Positions 1 through 15,331 of a stretch of DNA of 64,000 nucleotides are shown here, piece by piece. Where the stretch lies: assembly GCF_009914755.1 (NCBI RefSeq), contig NC_060948.1. The stretch is one strand, 5' to 3'. Numbering within the stretch: the stretch's first letter is position 1; every line of letters starts with the position of its first letter. Source of the DNA: the human T2T-CHM13v2.0 reference genome, Homo sapiens. The notes beneath the pieces were generated by a model. The model was given only the letters and a program-made list of their open reading frames with translations, had not been told where the DNA came from and did no database searches. The translations under genes were made by a program, and so were the position numbers.

Positions 1-1551
1 TCAGCAAACTGTGCACTTTAAAATAGGAATATTTATTTTATGTAAATTATGTTTGAATACAATTGATTTTTTTAAAAAAATGTTTCCCAGAGTGATCAAA
101 GTGGACGGCAGGGAACAGTAAACATCAGTGCTTATGTTATAGCTACTAGAAGCCTCCCAATTCCAACGACATGTTTTCAAGCAGGTCTGATCCTTCCCCT
201 GGAGGATACCTCTGACCCAGGTGTGCTACAAATGCATTGCCCATAGTTGCTTCTGTCACCTTAGTGATGGAAGTGACAAGAGGGTACTGGAGAAAGAAAA
301 GGTGTACAGGGTTCCAAATGTACTTTCTCTTTCCAAAGGACCTTTGTGAAGCCAGAGGAAAGAGAACAAACAAGCTGCTAAATAAGTCACAAGTGTGTAC
401 TCCTACAGTTTTGCGATTAACTAAATAGGACATTCAACAGATAAAGTTTGTTTTACATAGTTACTCCTCTGATAGGATGAACTTGTGGATTGTGAGATAG
501 GGCTGATATAACCTGTTTTCTCTCTGCCTCTTTTTTTTCCCCCAAGTTTTGTGTGCAATACATTAGGAAAAATATAATTGGGCTATAAAGCTACAAAAAT
601 GTCTTCCTGGCAGTTCCATGCTTGTTTCCATGTGGTGCCTATGTTTGGCATTGTGTTCTCATTTGCACTTTCCTACTTGATTAGTTAATGTATGAAGGAC
701 AAGCCTGATCTCTACTGTGAATTTCTACCAAGATATTCTGGTAGAAAAATGAGTATGTAATGGTGCTGTGGAATGCTAAAGTGTGCAAAACATTAAGAAT
801 CTAAAAATATGCTCATTTCCAAGTTTTGTCCCAGAGCAACTGTGCACTCTATATCGCTACTGCTATTTAAAGTTATCCATTTGCATGTCTAAAAAATAGA
901 TTCATACTGATTGTCCCATTTGATCTCAAAAAACTCCTGAATGTGAGAGTCGTGATCAAGGGACGCTTCATGAAATGTTCCAAAGTTAAAGTGTGCAATG
1001 AAACCAGATTTATCATAGCTTTATTTAAAATAATTATTTCTAAAATTGTTGTTGTTTAATTATAAACTGTATCCTTTCAGGATACTTGGAAGATCCATAG
1101 CAGTGTTTTTATTTTCACAGAACAAGCATAAATTATTTATGAAATAATAACTCAGATACAGAGATTACTTCCTATTGGCCTTACATATGAATATAAATAA
1201 ATACATATTATGAACATGCACATACTTATTTTATAATTATGTAAATGTGTGTGTAATGTTATATATAAGTTCAATAAAGTCATGCTTATACATGGTTTCA
1301 ATTCATGCTTCTAAAAACCACTCAATGTAGTCATTATCATATGTTAATAAATAATCTCTGAAAATGTGCTTCTAGTAGTTGCACAATATCCCATCATAAA
1401 GATTGTCATGCTGTTTTTAAGTCATACTTTTGGGTATATAAGTTATATCTGATATTTTTCTGCTACATATATGCTATTATAAATCTATTAGTAGTTGATT
1501 TTCTGTGAACACATATGATTGTTTCCTCACAACAGTACAAGAGTTGGTTGT

Positions 1552-3591
1552 AACTTTATTTCCTTCCAACATTTATTTTAGGTTCAGCGGGTACATGTGC
1601 AGGTTTATTATATGGATAAAATGTGTGTCAATGGGATTTGGTGTACAGATTATGTAGTCATCCAGGTAGTGAGCGTAGTATCTAATAGGGAGTTTTTTTA
1701 TCCTCACTCTCCCCCCACCCTCCACCCACAGTAGACCTTGTGTCTATTGTTCCCTTCTTTGTGTCCATGTGGACTCAATGTTTAGCCCCCACTTATAAGT
1801 GAGAACATGCAGTGTTTGTTTGGTTTTCTGTTCCTGCATTAATTCACTTAGAATAATGGTATCCAGCTCCATTCATGTTGCTGCAAAATACATTATTTCA
1901 TCCTATTTTATAGGTGTGTAGTATTCCATGGTGTATGTACACTGCATTTTTTTAATCCAGTCTTCTGTTAACAGGCATCTAAGTTGATTCCGTGTCTTTG
2001 CTATCGTGAATAGTGTTATAATGAAAATATGCGTGCATATGTCTATGACAGAATGATTTATATTCCTTTGGGTATATACCCAGTGATGGGATTGCTGGGT
2101 TGAATGGTAGTTCTGTTTTAAGTTATTTCAGAAATCTCCAAACTGCTTTCCACAATGGCTGAACAAATTTACATTCCTGATGAAACTGGAGAGTTCCCTG
2201 ACTCCCCTTGGCAGGATGTGCAACAGGGGTGTGGCTTGTCTGCCCACTATGTGTGCTGTCAAACCCCTTATTGGGCAGGGGAACATGCAAACAGGCAGGT
2301 GCAATAGGCAGGGCAAGTGGCCATGGTACTGTCTAGGGGTGGGTGCCTGCGACTCCCACAGCCCAAGTGGGCATGTGTTACAGTGCACTCTTTTAGCTTT
2401 GCCATCCACAGGCGGCTTAAATGTTAACCTGTTCAGTGCCCTCTTGGTACCCAGTTCCTTGTCCAGCATCCAGAAGGAATTAAGTTGCACACAGACTTGA
2501 GGATGGTGAATGTGGGGGTTTTATTGAGTGGTGGAGGTGGCACTCAATGGGATGGATGGGGAGCTGGAAAGGGGATGGAATAGAAGATGATCTTCCCTGG
2601 GAGCTTTGCCATCCGGAGGCTGATCTCTCCAACCACTGCCAGCCAAACTCCTCTTGGCATTCAGATGCTCCTTCTCTTCTTTCTGCCACATCATTCTGCA
2701 ATTCTGCTCTTCTGTTCATCTCCTCATCTGCTTGTCTGCTTCTGGAGCCTGGGGTCTGGGACATATATGGGTACAGGACAGGGGGTGCATGCTGAGCTGA
2801 AAGACAACTTTTGGGTGCAAAAGCAGGAATGCCTGTTCCCATTTAGGGTGATGGGTTTCCAAGCTTGTGGGCAGGGCTTTGCCAGGGAACCACTCTCTTC
2901 TACCCAGTATTTCCCTGTCTCCTTTCTATATCACCACCAGCAGTGTATAAGCATTCCCTTTTTTTCCACAAACTCGGCACCGTCTGTTTTGTTTTGATTT
3001 TTTAATAATAGCCATTCTGACCGGTGTGATATGGTATCTCATGGTTCTGATTTTCTGATGATTAGTGATGTTGAATATTTTTTCATATGGTTGTTTGCCA
3101 CACATACGTTGTCTTTTGAAAAAAGAATCCACAGACGGCTTAAGTGTTAACCTGTTCAGTGCCCTCTTGGTACCCAAGTTCTTGTCCAGCATCCAGAAAG
3201 AAGTTGCACATGGACTTGAGGATGGTGAATGTGGGGGTTCATGTTCTTTGCCTATTTGTAGTGGGTTTGCTTTTTGCTTATTGATTCTTTATACATGCTG
3301 AGTATTAGACATTTTTCAGATATGTAATTTGAAAATATTTTCTTCTGTTCTGTAGGGTGTTCTCTGTTGATAGTTTCTTTTGCTGTGCTGAAGCTCTTCA
3401 GTTTCATTAGGTCCCACTCGTCAATTCTTCTTGTTGCAATTGCTTTTGGAATCTTCATCATGAAATCTTTGCCAGCGTCTATGTCCAGAATGATATTTCC
3501 TAAGTTATCTTCTAGGGTTTATATAGTTTTGGGTCTTACATAAGTCCTTCATCCATCTTGAGTTGATTTTTGTATATGGTGAAAGGAAGGG
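1552..3591 (-). mobile_element. L1 (L1PA/L1PB-type) 3' end and distal ORF2, antisense, interrupted by an LTR at 2178-2933
   Basis: Antisense L1 3' UTR motifs (GGGTACATGTGCAGGTT, CCCACTTATAAGTGAGAACATGC, GGGTATATACCCAG). Minus-strand ORF2-like peptides: TMRYHITPVRMAIIKKSKQNR and [27 protein letters not shown]. Confidence 0.92.
2178..2933 (-). mobile_element. Solo ERV1 LTR of the LTR1/LTR27/LTR28/MER52 group
   Basis: TG...CA termini. Minus strand starts TGATATAGAAAGGAGACAGGGAAATACTGGGTAGAAGAG, which I recall as the start of this LTR group. It splits the L1 motif ACATTCC|CACCAGCAGTG. Confidence 0.8.
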
Positions 3592-6500
3592 AGTGTACAT
3601 GCCCCTGTGATATTGTTCCTAATATCCAGGTTGGGAGAGGATATTATACTCAATATTGCAGGAGGTGTCGACCACCCTGAATATTACTTTTAATATCCGG
3701 GGAGAGAGGGTGATATTACTCTCAATATCATCCTCTCCCACCACACCCTTCATAGTACAAACAATATCAAAGAGGGTCTGTGCAACACGTGCAATATTGG
3801 GAGTAATATCCTCCCCCAACATGGATATTAGAAACAGTATCACAAGGGGTTGTACACCACCTGCGATATTGGAGAGTACTATCATTTTCTTTCCCCATGG
3901 ATATTTAGAACAATATCACAAAGGCGGTGTACAACCCCTGCTATATTGGGAATAATACTGTACTTTCCCCACCTAGATATTAGGAACAATATCACGGGGG
4001 GTTATACACCACTGCATCATTGGGAGTAATATCATCCTTTCCCTCCCTGGATATTAGGAACAATACCTCATGGGTGTGTACACCCTGTTCCATATTGGGA
4101 TTAATATTTTCTCCCTTGCTGGACATAAGGAACAATATAACGGGGGGTATACACTCCTTATGATATTGCCAGTAATATTATAGACTCTCCCCAGGGATAT
4201 TAGAAACAGTATCAGAGAGGGGTGTACATCCCCTGTGATATTGGGAACATTCTTTCTTTCCCTGGATATTAGGAATAATATCACAAAGGTGTTGTATACC
4301 CCCCGTGACATTTTAATTAATATAATCTTCCCCACTGAATATTAGGAACAAATTCCCAGGGGGTTGTACACCACCTGCAATATGGACAGCTATATCATTG
4401 TCTCTCCCCTGAATATTAGGAACAGTATCACAAGGGGGTTGTACACCCCCTGTGATATTGGGAGTAACTTTATACCCTTTCCACATGGATATCAGGAACA
4501 ATATCACAGGGTGGGTGTACACCCACTGCGATATTGGGAGTAATATCATCCTCTACCCCCTGGGTATTATGAACAATATCATGGGGAGGGGGTGTATACC
4601 CTCTGTGATACTGGGAGTAATATCATCCTGTCCCCTCTGGATATTGGGAATGATATTACAGCGGGGCTGTACCTTTTCTGCACTATTGGGAGTGGTATCA
4701 CCCTCTCCCCCTATGGATATTAAGAACAATATCAAAAAGGGGGTGTACACATCCTGCGATATTGGGAGTAATATTGTCCACTCTTCCCCTGGATATTAGG
4801 AACAATATCACAGGTGGAGTGTACACCCCCTGCTATTTTACCTGTAATATTATTCTCTCCCAACCTGGATATTAGGAATAATATAACAGAAGGGGTGACA
4901 ACCACCTGTGATATTGGGAGTAATATCATTCTCTCCCCCCATGGATATTGAGAACAATATCACAGGAGCAGTTTACACCTCCTGCGACATTTAGAGTAAT
5001 ATCATCCTTTTCCCCCATGGATATTAGGAACAATATCGCATGGGAAGTGTACACCCCCACCATATTGGGAGTAATATTTTCTCCCTTGCTGGACATTAGG
5101 AACAATATCACGGGAATACACACCCCCTGTGTTATTGCCAGTAATATAGTAGTCTCCTCCCAGGATATTAGGAACAATATCACAAGGGGGGTGTACATGC
5201 CCTGTGATATTGGAAGTAATATCATCGACTCCCCCCACGGATATTAGTAACAATATCAGAAGGGGTGTACAACCCTTGCGATATTTATAGTACTATCATC
5301 CTATACCCCCTGGATATTAGGAACAATACCACGGGGGGGTGTATACCCACTGTGATATTGGGAGTAATTTCATCCTCTACCCCTTGGATGTTAGGAGCAG
5401 TATCACAAGGGGGGTGTGCACCCTCTGCGATATTAAAAATAATACCATTCTCTCCTCCTCTGGATACTAGGAATAATATCACAGGGCTGGTGTGCACCCT
5501 TTGCATTATTTGGAGCAATATCACCCTCTCCCCAACTTGATATTAGAGACAATATCATGGGGGGTGGCGTGTAACACCCTGCACTGTTGGGAGTAATATG
5601 ATCTAGTCTTCCCCTGGATATAAGAAACAGTATCACAGAAGGGGTCTACACCTCCAGAGATTTTGGGAGTAATATCATCCTCTCCAAATCTGGATATTAA
5701 GAACAGTATAATGGGGTGTGGGGAGTAATATGTTGGGAGTAATACAATCCTCCCCCCACTTGATATTAGGAACAATATCGCAAAACGTGTGTACAACCAC
5801 TGTGATATTTGGAGTAATATCAACATTTCCCCACCTGGTATCACGGGGAGAGTGTACACTCCTTACGATATTGGAAGTATCATTGTCTCTCACTCTCGAT
5901 ATTAGGAAAAATAGCACAGGATGTGTGTACACTCCCTGTGATTTTGGGAAGAACATCATACCCTTCCATCTTTGATATTAGGAACAATATCACAGAGGGG
6001 GTGTACAACTTCTGCGATATTGTAGTATTCTTTCTTCCCATGGATATTAGGAATGATATCCCGGGGGGCATGTTGTACAACTCCTGTGATACGGACAGTA
6101 ATATCATTGTCCTTCCCCCTACATATTAGGAAAAATATCACAAGGGGAGTGTACACCCCCTGGATATTAGAAACTATCACAGGGGAGCTGTACAACCTCT
6201 TTGATACTGTGAGTAATACCATTGTCTCCCCTCCTGGATATTAAGAACAATATCATAGGGTGGGTGTACACCCCCTGCAATATTGGGAATAACATCATCC
6301 TCTCTTCCCCGGGATATTAGGAACGGTATCACACGTGGGGTTTACACCCCCTGCAATTTTGTCAGTAATATTACTTCTGGATGTTATTGAATATATCACA
6401 GTGGGGGTGTACACCCCCTGTGATATGGGGAGTAATAGCATCCTCTTTCCCACTGGATACTACAAACAATATCGCAGGTTGTGTACAACCTCCTGTGATA

Positions 6501-7432
6501 TTGTTCACAATATTTAGGTGAGGAGAGGATGATATTACTCCACATATTGCAGGGAGTGTTACATCCCCTGTAATATTGTTCATAATATTTAGAAGAGGAC
6601 AGAATGATATTACTCCCAATATAGTAAGAAGTATACACTCCCCTGTGATACTGTTCATAATTTTTAGGGGATTAGAGGATGATATTACTTCCAATATCAC
6701 AGGGAGTGTACACTGGTGATATTGTTTATAATTTTCAGTGGATTAGAAGATATTATTCTGAATATCACAGGGGTTGTACATCCCCATGTGATATTGTTAA
6801 TATCCAGTGGGAAAGAGGATGATATTACTCCCCATATCACGGGGGATGTAAACCCATTTGTGGTATTGTCACTTACATCCAGGGGGGAGAGGATGATATT
6901 ACTCCGCATATCATAGAGGGTGCACACGGCTGTAATGTTGTCCATAACTTCCACAGGGGAAGATAAAATTATTCCCATGTTTCAGAAGGTGTACACACCC
7001 CTGTGATAGTCTCTGTAACATTTAGGGAAGAAGGGGATGATACTACTCCAGATATTTCAGGGGGTGTACACCCCCCTGTGATACTGTTCGTAACGTTTAG
7101 GGGGAAGAGGATGATATTACTCCCCATATCGAAGGGATTGTACATCTCCTTATATATTGTCCATAACATCCAGGGCAGGAGAGGATATTACTACTCCCCA
7201 TATCGCAGGGGTTGGACACCCCCCCTGTAAATATGTCTAACATCCAGGCAGGGACAGGAGGATATTATTCCCCATAACGCAGAGAAAGTAAACCTCCTGT
7301 GATATTGTCCATAACATCCAGTGGGGAGAGGATGATATCACTCCCCATATTGCAGGGGGTGCACACTCCACTCTGATATTGGCCATAATATCCGGGGGGG
7401 GGAGGTGAAGTATGAAGTCACTACACATATCG
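3592..7432. repeat. SATR1/SATR2-type satellite, ~72-76 bp diverged monomers, left block
   Basis: Tandem monomer GTGTACACCCCCTGTGATATTGGGAGTAATATCATCCTCTCCCCCCTGGATATTAGGAACAATATCACAGGG. Orientation flips near 3725 and 6480. Family name from memory. Confidence 0.85.
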
Positions 7433-7436
7433 CAGG

Positions 7437-7745
7437 GATTATTAGTATCAGATTGTTTGAAGGGCTCACAGTAAGGGTAGTAGTAGGGCGAGTTCTAACT
7501 CAAATAGGGGAAATGTGATGGCTACTAGAAAGAATTTTATGGAGAAGAGAATGTGGGCAGAAGATAGAGGGTCAAATCTGCATTCATAAGGGCTAGATTT
7601 TTCTATATATATTTATTTTATACATATATATATATATTTTTTTCTCTCTCTCTATATATATATTAAGTTGTGGGAGCCAAAATGTAATAATTATTAGTAA
7701 CAGGGCTAATAGGGTGTTGATTACTAGGGTTAATGTTAGGTGAAT
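7437..7745 (-). pseudogene. MTND3P: NUMT: mitochondrial ND3 fragment with a (TA)n/(CT)n microsatellite expanded inside it
   Basis: Reverse complement matches ND3 (ATCAACACCCTATTAGCCCTG, TTCTCCATAAAATTCTTTCTAGTAGCC). Microsatellite at ~7604-7662. Confidence 0.9.
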
Positions 7746-7806
7746 TACTGTTTTTCGGATGCTATCGAAACTTTGGAAATCATGGTACTATTTATACTAA
7801 AAGAGT
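7746..7806 (-). pseudogene. NUMT: degenerate mitochondrial tRNA-Gly
   Basis: Reverse complement begins ACTCTTTTAGTATAAATAGTACC and lies between COX3 and ND3, as in mtDNA gene order. Confidence 0.88.
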
Positions 7807-8408
7807 AAGATCCTCATCAATAAATAGAAACATACAAGAATAGTCATACTACATCTACAAAGTGTCGATATCAGGCAGCAGCTTCAAAGGCAAAGTGATG
7901 ACTAGATGTAAAGTGGTATTTTAGTTGGCGGAGAAGGCAGACTGAGGAATGTTGATCCAATAATGACGTGAAGTCTGTGAAAGCCTGTAGCTATAAAAAA
8001 TGTTGAGCCATAAATACCATCAGAAATAGCAAAGGGAGCTTTGAAGTATTCTGAGACTTGTAGGAGGGTGAAGTAGATACCTAATATAATTGTAATAAGT
8101 AGTGCTTGGATTGTATGTTTTTCATTATTTTTTGTTAGGCTGTGATGGGCTCAAGTAATTGAAACTCCTGATGCAAGTAATACAGATGGATTCAGGAGGG
8201 GTACTTCCAGGGTGTCAAGGGGAGAAATACCTGTCGGGGGTCAATGTCCTCCTAATTCTGGAGTAGGGGCTAGGCTAGAATGGTAGAATGCTCAAAAGAA
8301 TCCAGCGAAGAGAAATATTTCTGAGATAATAAATAGGACTATCCCATATTGGAGGCCTTTTTGAACAGTCGTTGTATGGTGGCCCTGAAATGTACTTTCT
8401 CTGATACA
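7807..8408 (-). pseudogene. MTCO3P: NUMT: mitochondrial COX3, 3' ~600 bp
   Basis: Reverse complement contains GAGAAAGTACATTTCAGGGCCACCATAC, CAAAAAGGCCTCCAATATGGGATAG and the COX3 end TCTATTTATTGATGAGGATCTT. Confidence 0.92.
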
Positions 8409-8414
8409 GACCAC

Positions 8415-8695
8415 CCTTGGTCAATTGAATACAGATCAATCACTTTAAGTAAGCTAAGTTCTTACTAAATTGATGAGACTTAAACCCACGAAAACTTAAC
8501 AGCTAAACTCCCTAGTCAACTGGTTTGAATCTACTTCTCCAGCCGCTGGGGGATAAAAGGTGAGAGAAGCAGGATTGAAGCTGCTTCTTTGAATTTACAA
8601 TTCAACGTGAAAATCACCTTGGGACTGGTAAAAACAGGCCTTGACCTCTGTTTTTAGATGTACAGTCTAATGCCCTACTTAGTCATTTTACCCTT
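8415..8695 (-). pseudogene. NUMT: partial WANCY cluster (tRNA-Ala part, tRNA-Asn, OL, tRNA-Cys, tRNA-Tyr); mtDNA reference sense on +, tRNAs read on -
   Basis: ACTTAAACCCAC, AACAGCTAA, OL-like CTTCTCCAGCCGC...GGTGAGAGAAG (8534-8569), GAAGCTGCTTCTTTGAATTT and TTTAGATGTACAGTCTAATGC, immediately upstream of COX1. Confidence 0.88.
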
Positions 8696-8711
8696 TTTTC
8701 TCACTTCATTT

Positions 8712-9766
<1,055 letters not shown>

Positions 9767-9830
9767 GGCTTATATTATGGTTCATTCATATATTTAGAAA
9801 CCTGAAAGTTTCTAAATAAATTGTAAAAAA

Positions 9831-10350
9831 GTTGTAAAAAAACCCAAGCTGAAATAACTACGAAAATGCCTTTAATATTCTGAAGACAAAATAGCTAAGA
9901 TCCAAATTGGGAGAAGATACCCCGCTATGCTTAACCCTAAACTCGAATAGTTAGATCAACAAAACTGTTCGCCAGAACACTACAAGCAACAGCTTAAAAC
10001 TCAAAGGACTTTGCGGTGCTTTACATCCCTCTAAAGGAGCCTGTTCTATAATCGATAAGCCCCAATTTACCTCACCACCTCTTGTCCAGACTATATACAT
10101 CCATCTTCAGCAAACCCTGGAAAGGCCACAGAGTAAGCATAAGTATCTACATAAAAACGTTAGGTCAAGGTGTAGCCCATGAGGTGGTAAGAAATAGGTA
10201 CGTTTTCTACATCCAGAAAAATCTCGCGACAACCGTTATGAAATCTAAGGGCTCAAGGAGGATTTAGCAATAAATTGAGAGCAGAGTGTTTAATTGAATA
10301 AGGCCATGAAGCACGCACACACCGCCCTTCACCCTCCTCAAATATATTCT
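9831..10350 (+). pseudogene. NUMT: mitochondrial 12S rRNA internal fragment
   Basis: GATACCCCGCTATGCTTA, GCTTAAAACTCAAAGGAC, GGAGCCTGTTCTATAATCGATA, TTAGGTCAAGGTGTAGCCCATGAGG, GCACACACCGCCC. Confidence 0.95.
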
Positions 10351-10352
10351 AG

Positions 10353-12410
<2,058 letters not shown>

Positions 12411-12414
12411 CACT

Positions 12415-12818
12415 GTATAGAACAAAGCAGGCAGAGGAAGGTGGGATAACCTTGCTAGCTGAAGCTTCTGGCTCTCTTTTTTTCTTCTTCCCATGCAGGA
12501 CACCTGATTCCCTTCTTCCTGCCCTCGGACATGAGACTCCAGGTTCTTATGCCTTTGGACTCTGGGACTTGCACCAGCGGCTTCCCCGAGGCTCTCAGGC
12601 CCTCGGCCTCAGACTGAAGACTGCACTGCGGGCTTTCCTGGTTTTGAGGCTTTTGGACTTGGACTGAGCCACTACTAGCTTCTCTCTTTCCCTACCTGGC
12701 AGACAGCCTATTGTGGGACTGCCTTCTAACCGTGTGAACCAATTCTCTCTGGTAAACTCCCTTATACATATACGTGTATCTTGTTGGATCTGTCCCTCTG
12801 GAGAACCCTAACTGATAT
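12415..12818 (+). mobile_element. MLT2 (ERVL LTR), 3' part
   Basis: GACTCCAGGTTC...GGACTTGCACCAGCGG...GGCCTCAGACTGAAG...CAGACAGCCTATTGTGGGACT...CTGTCCCTCTGGAGAACCCTAAC. Confidence 0.85.
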
Positions 12819-13759
12819 ATTTTGTTTATTTTTTCTCCACTGCCCTTTCCTCTGCTTCTAGGCTTACCTAGACCACCACCATTCTTTCCCCCTTTCTAAA
12901 GTAAAAGTTGTTTTTTTTCTCACTAAATGCATGGTATTCTGCCCGTTTTCCATGGCTTCCCTCAGCCTTGCTCTGTTTATTCTTGCTCTCTTAAGAGGAA
13001 ATCCCTGCCTCTTCCGTGGCTTTTCCCACTTGGTCTACTTACTGGTTTCTGTTGTTCTCAGAGACACACTGAGACCTTTCACATCTCACTGTCACTTCTT
13101 GGAAGGGCTCTCTACCTCGTCTGCCTGCTGAGCAACCTCTTGGGGAGACACGGGCACTCCTGAGTCACTGAACTTGAGCTATTTGGTGTTGGTATGTTAA
13201 TTTATCTTCTTAGACCACTTACCACTTCCTTAACTTCAAAAGAGAAGAATAAGTATTATTTTCCATGGTCAATATGAAGAGTAGAAATAACTTATACAAA
13301 ATGCATTGCAGTTAAGTGATAATAAATGGCCGTGAATGCCCTTATTAATGTTATTCTATCAGTCTCAGCTCAGATACCATCTGCTCTGTGAGCTCTGCTC
13401 TGAATCATATCTGCTTCTTCTCTGGGTTTCTTGTGCTCTGTTCTTAACTACTTTAAAGCAGTAATTGTTCTGATTCTAATTAGTGATCCTTCCCAATAAA
13501 ATTTTAATTTCATAGATCTCTTCCCCCCACCCCTGCCCCAGCCTAACCAGTGTTTTCTTACTTTATTGTGTACAGGCTACATCACTGGTCTTCTTTTATT
13601 TGTGGCTAAATAAATGTTGTGTTAGAAGAGTAAAGAGTTCCCAGTTACATGGGATCTATAGTTCTACAAAATGAATGTATACATAATCCATGTAAATATT
13701 TCATTTATTTTAAGACAATTTTTTAATTTTTAAATTAAATTTAATTTGTTCATGTGTGT

Positions 13760-13842
13760 GAGACCAGAGTGAGAACAGAGATGGTGGCGGTGAGGGGTGG
13801 TGGTCTCACCATGTTGCCCAGGCTGGTCTTGAACTCCCCTTC
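13760..13842 (-). mobile_element. Alu/FLAM fragment
   Basis: GTCTCACCATGTTGCCCAGGCTGGTCTTGAACTCC. Confidence 0.6.
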
Positions 13843-14368
13843 AAGTGCCCCCCTCCTCACCTGGCCCTCCTCACCTTGCCTCCTCCCCTCTCACTCCTAT
13901 GCCAGCCCCTGCCATTCCCCACCCCCTCTGTAGACTGCAAGACTCAACAAGTGACTTGCTGAGCAAACTCTGCTGAGAAGAGGTCTGTTTAGGGACACAG
14001 GAGGCCAAGTACACAAAAAAGCAAAAGAACTAGCATGCCTTTTTCAATGGATGTCTATTTTACAGGGCTGGCTTCAGATTATTGTTATAGCTTTAAATAA
14101 AAGGACCGTTTTGTCATCTTGGCCCATGACCTACATTATTTCTTTACTGTCCATTGCCCTGGACACTTGACTAATTATTTAACAGCAGTTTTTTTTTTTT
14201 AATTTTAAATCATGATTCATTGCATTGCTGTAAGAGTAATTAGAGGTAAAGTAGGGCTTGAAACTGCCTGTAGTTGGTTACTTACTGAGATCTTAGCATA
14301 ATTGTCAGGTGAGAGGTTGAAGTTTTAATCAGCGCTAAGTGGGATATAAATTCGATGCACTGAAACTG

Positions 14369-14670
14369 CAGTGTCCAATTCAGTAGGCGCTAGCCACCTG
14401 TAACTGTTGAGCACTTGGAATCCTGGCTAGTCCTAATTGAGATGTGTTGTGTTAAATACACTGGATTTTGTCATTGGAGTGGGAAGAACAGTGTAGAATA
14501 TCTGCTTGATTTTTTTTTAATATTTATTACATGTTAAAATTATTACTATGATTACTATTTGGGACATACTGAGTTAAGTATATTTAAAATTAATTTCACC
14601 TTTTCTTTTAATGGGGCTTACCAGTACATTTAAAATTATGTACATGGCTCACATATTTATTGGACAGCAC
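14369..14670. mobile_element. MER33/MER3-like hAT-Charlie DNA transposon
   Basis: Inverted termini CAGTGTCCAAT...ATTGGACAGCAC. Internal GCTAGCCACCTGTAACTGTTGAGCACTTG and AAAATTAATTTCACC. Confidence 0.75.
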
Positions 14671-14924
14671 GGCTCTAGAAGTTTAGGAAGAAATAAGAAA
14701 AATATTGAGAATAGGTAGCGACAGTAGGAAGTTTTTCCTCCTGTAAGACTGAGTCCAATAAAACTAATAGGTGATAGTTTTAATTGGCTTTTCCTACTAG
14801 AAAAAGTAAGTGTACTTTACATGCCTCTTTGTTCTCCCTCTTTCCCCTTCAATTTAGTGGTTAGCATGTATTTACTACATCAGGCTTAATATTCACTAAG
14901 CAGTGTTAAGAAGACTTAGGTAAA

Positions 14925-14996
14925 TGAAGATTGAGCCACTGTACTCCAGCCTGGAAGACAGAGCAAGACTCTGTCTCAAAAAAGAAAAAAAAAAAA
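14925..14996 (+). mobile_element. Alu 3' fragment with A tail
   Basis: GAGCCACTGTACTCCAGCCTGGAAGACAGAGCAAGACTCTGTCTC followed by an A run. Confidence 0.8.
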
Positions 14997-15051
14997 CCAT
15001 AATGCCACCTAATATCCAGTTTATACTTAAATTTCCCTAAGTGTCTGAATA

Positions 15052-15331
15052 ATTTTTTTTTTTTTGAAACAGAGTCTCAACTTTGTCACCCAGGATGGAG
15101 TGCAGTGTTGCGATCTCGGCTCACTGCAACCTCTGCCTCCCGGGTTGAAGTGATTCTCCTTCTTCAGCCTCCTGAGTAGCTGGGACTACAGGCCCACCTG
15201 TCGCCATGCCTGGCTAATTTTTTGTATTTTAGTAAAGATTTGTTTTCTGCCTCTTAGGAGCTTAGGACCACCAGGGTGGTCTGGAACTCCTAAGCTCAGG
15301 CAATCTGCTCACCTTGGCCCCTCAAAGTGCT
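15052..15331 (-). mobile_element. Alu, antisense, with a rearranged left monomer
   Basis: T run, then GAAACAGAGTCTC...GCTAATTTTTTGTATTTTAGTA, then a degenerate CTGGAACTCCTAAGCTCAGG...CAAAGTGCT. Confidence 0.8.

Noticed and set aside
143-301. Possible exon (TAG|CTACTAG...AAAG|GTGT) in a locally GC-richer patch
   Set aside because: All three plus-strand frames contain a stop and I recognise no protein homology. A BLASTN/BLASTX search would be needed.
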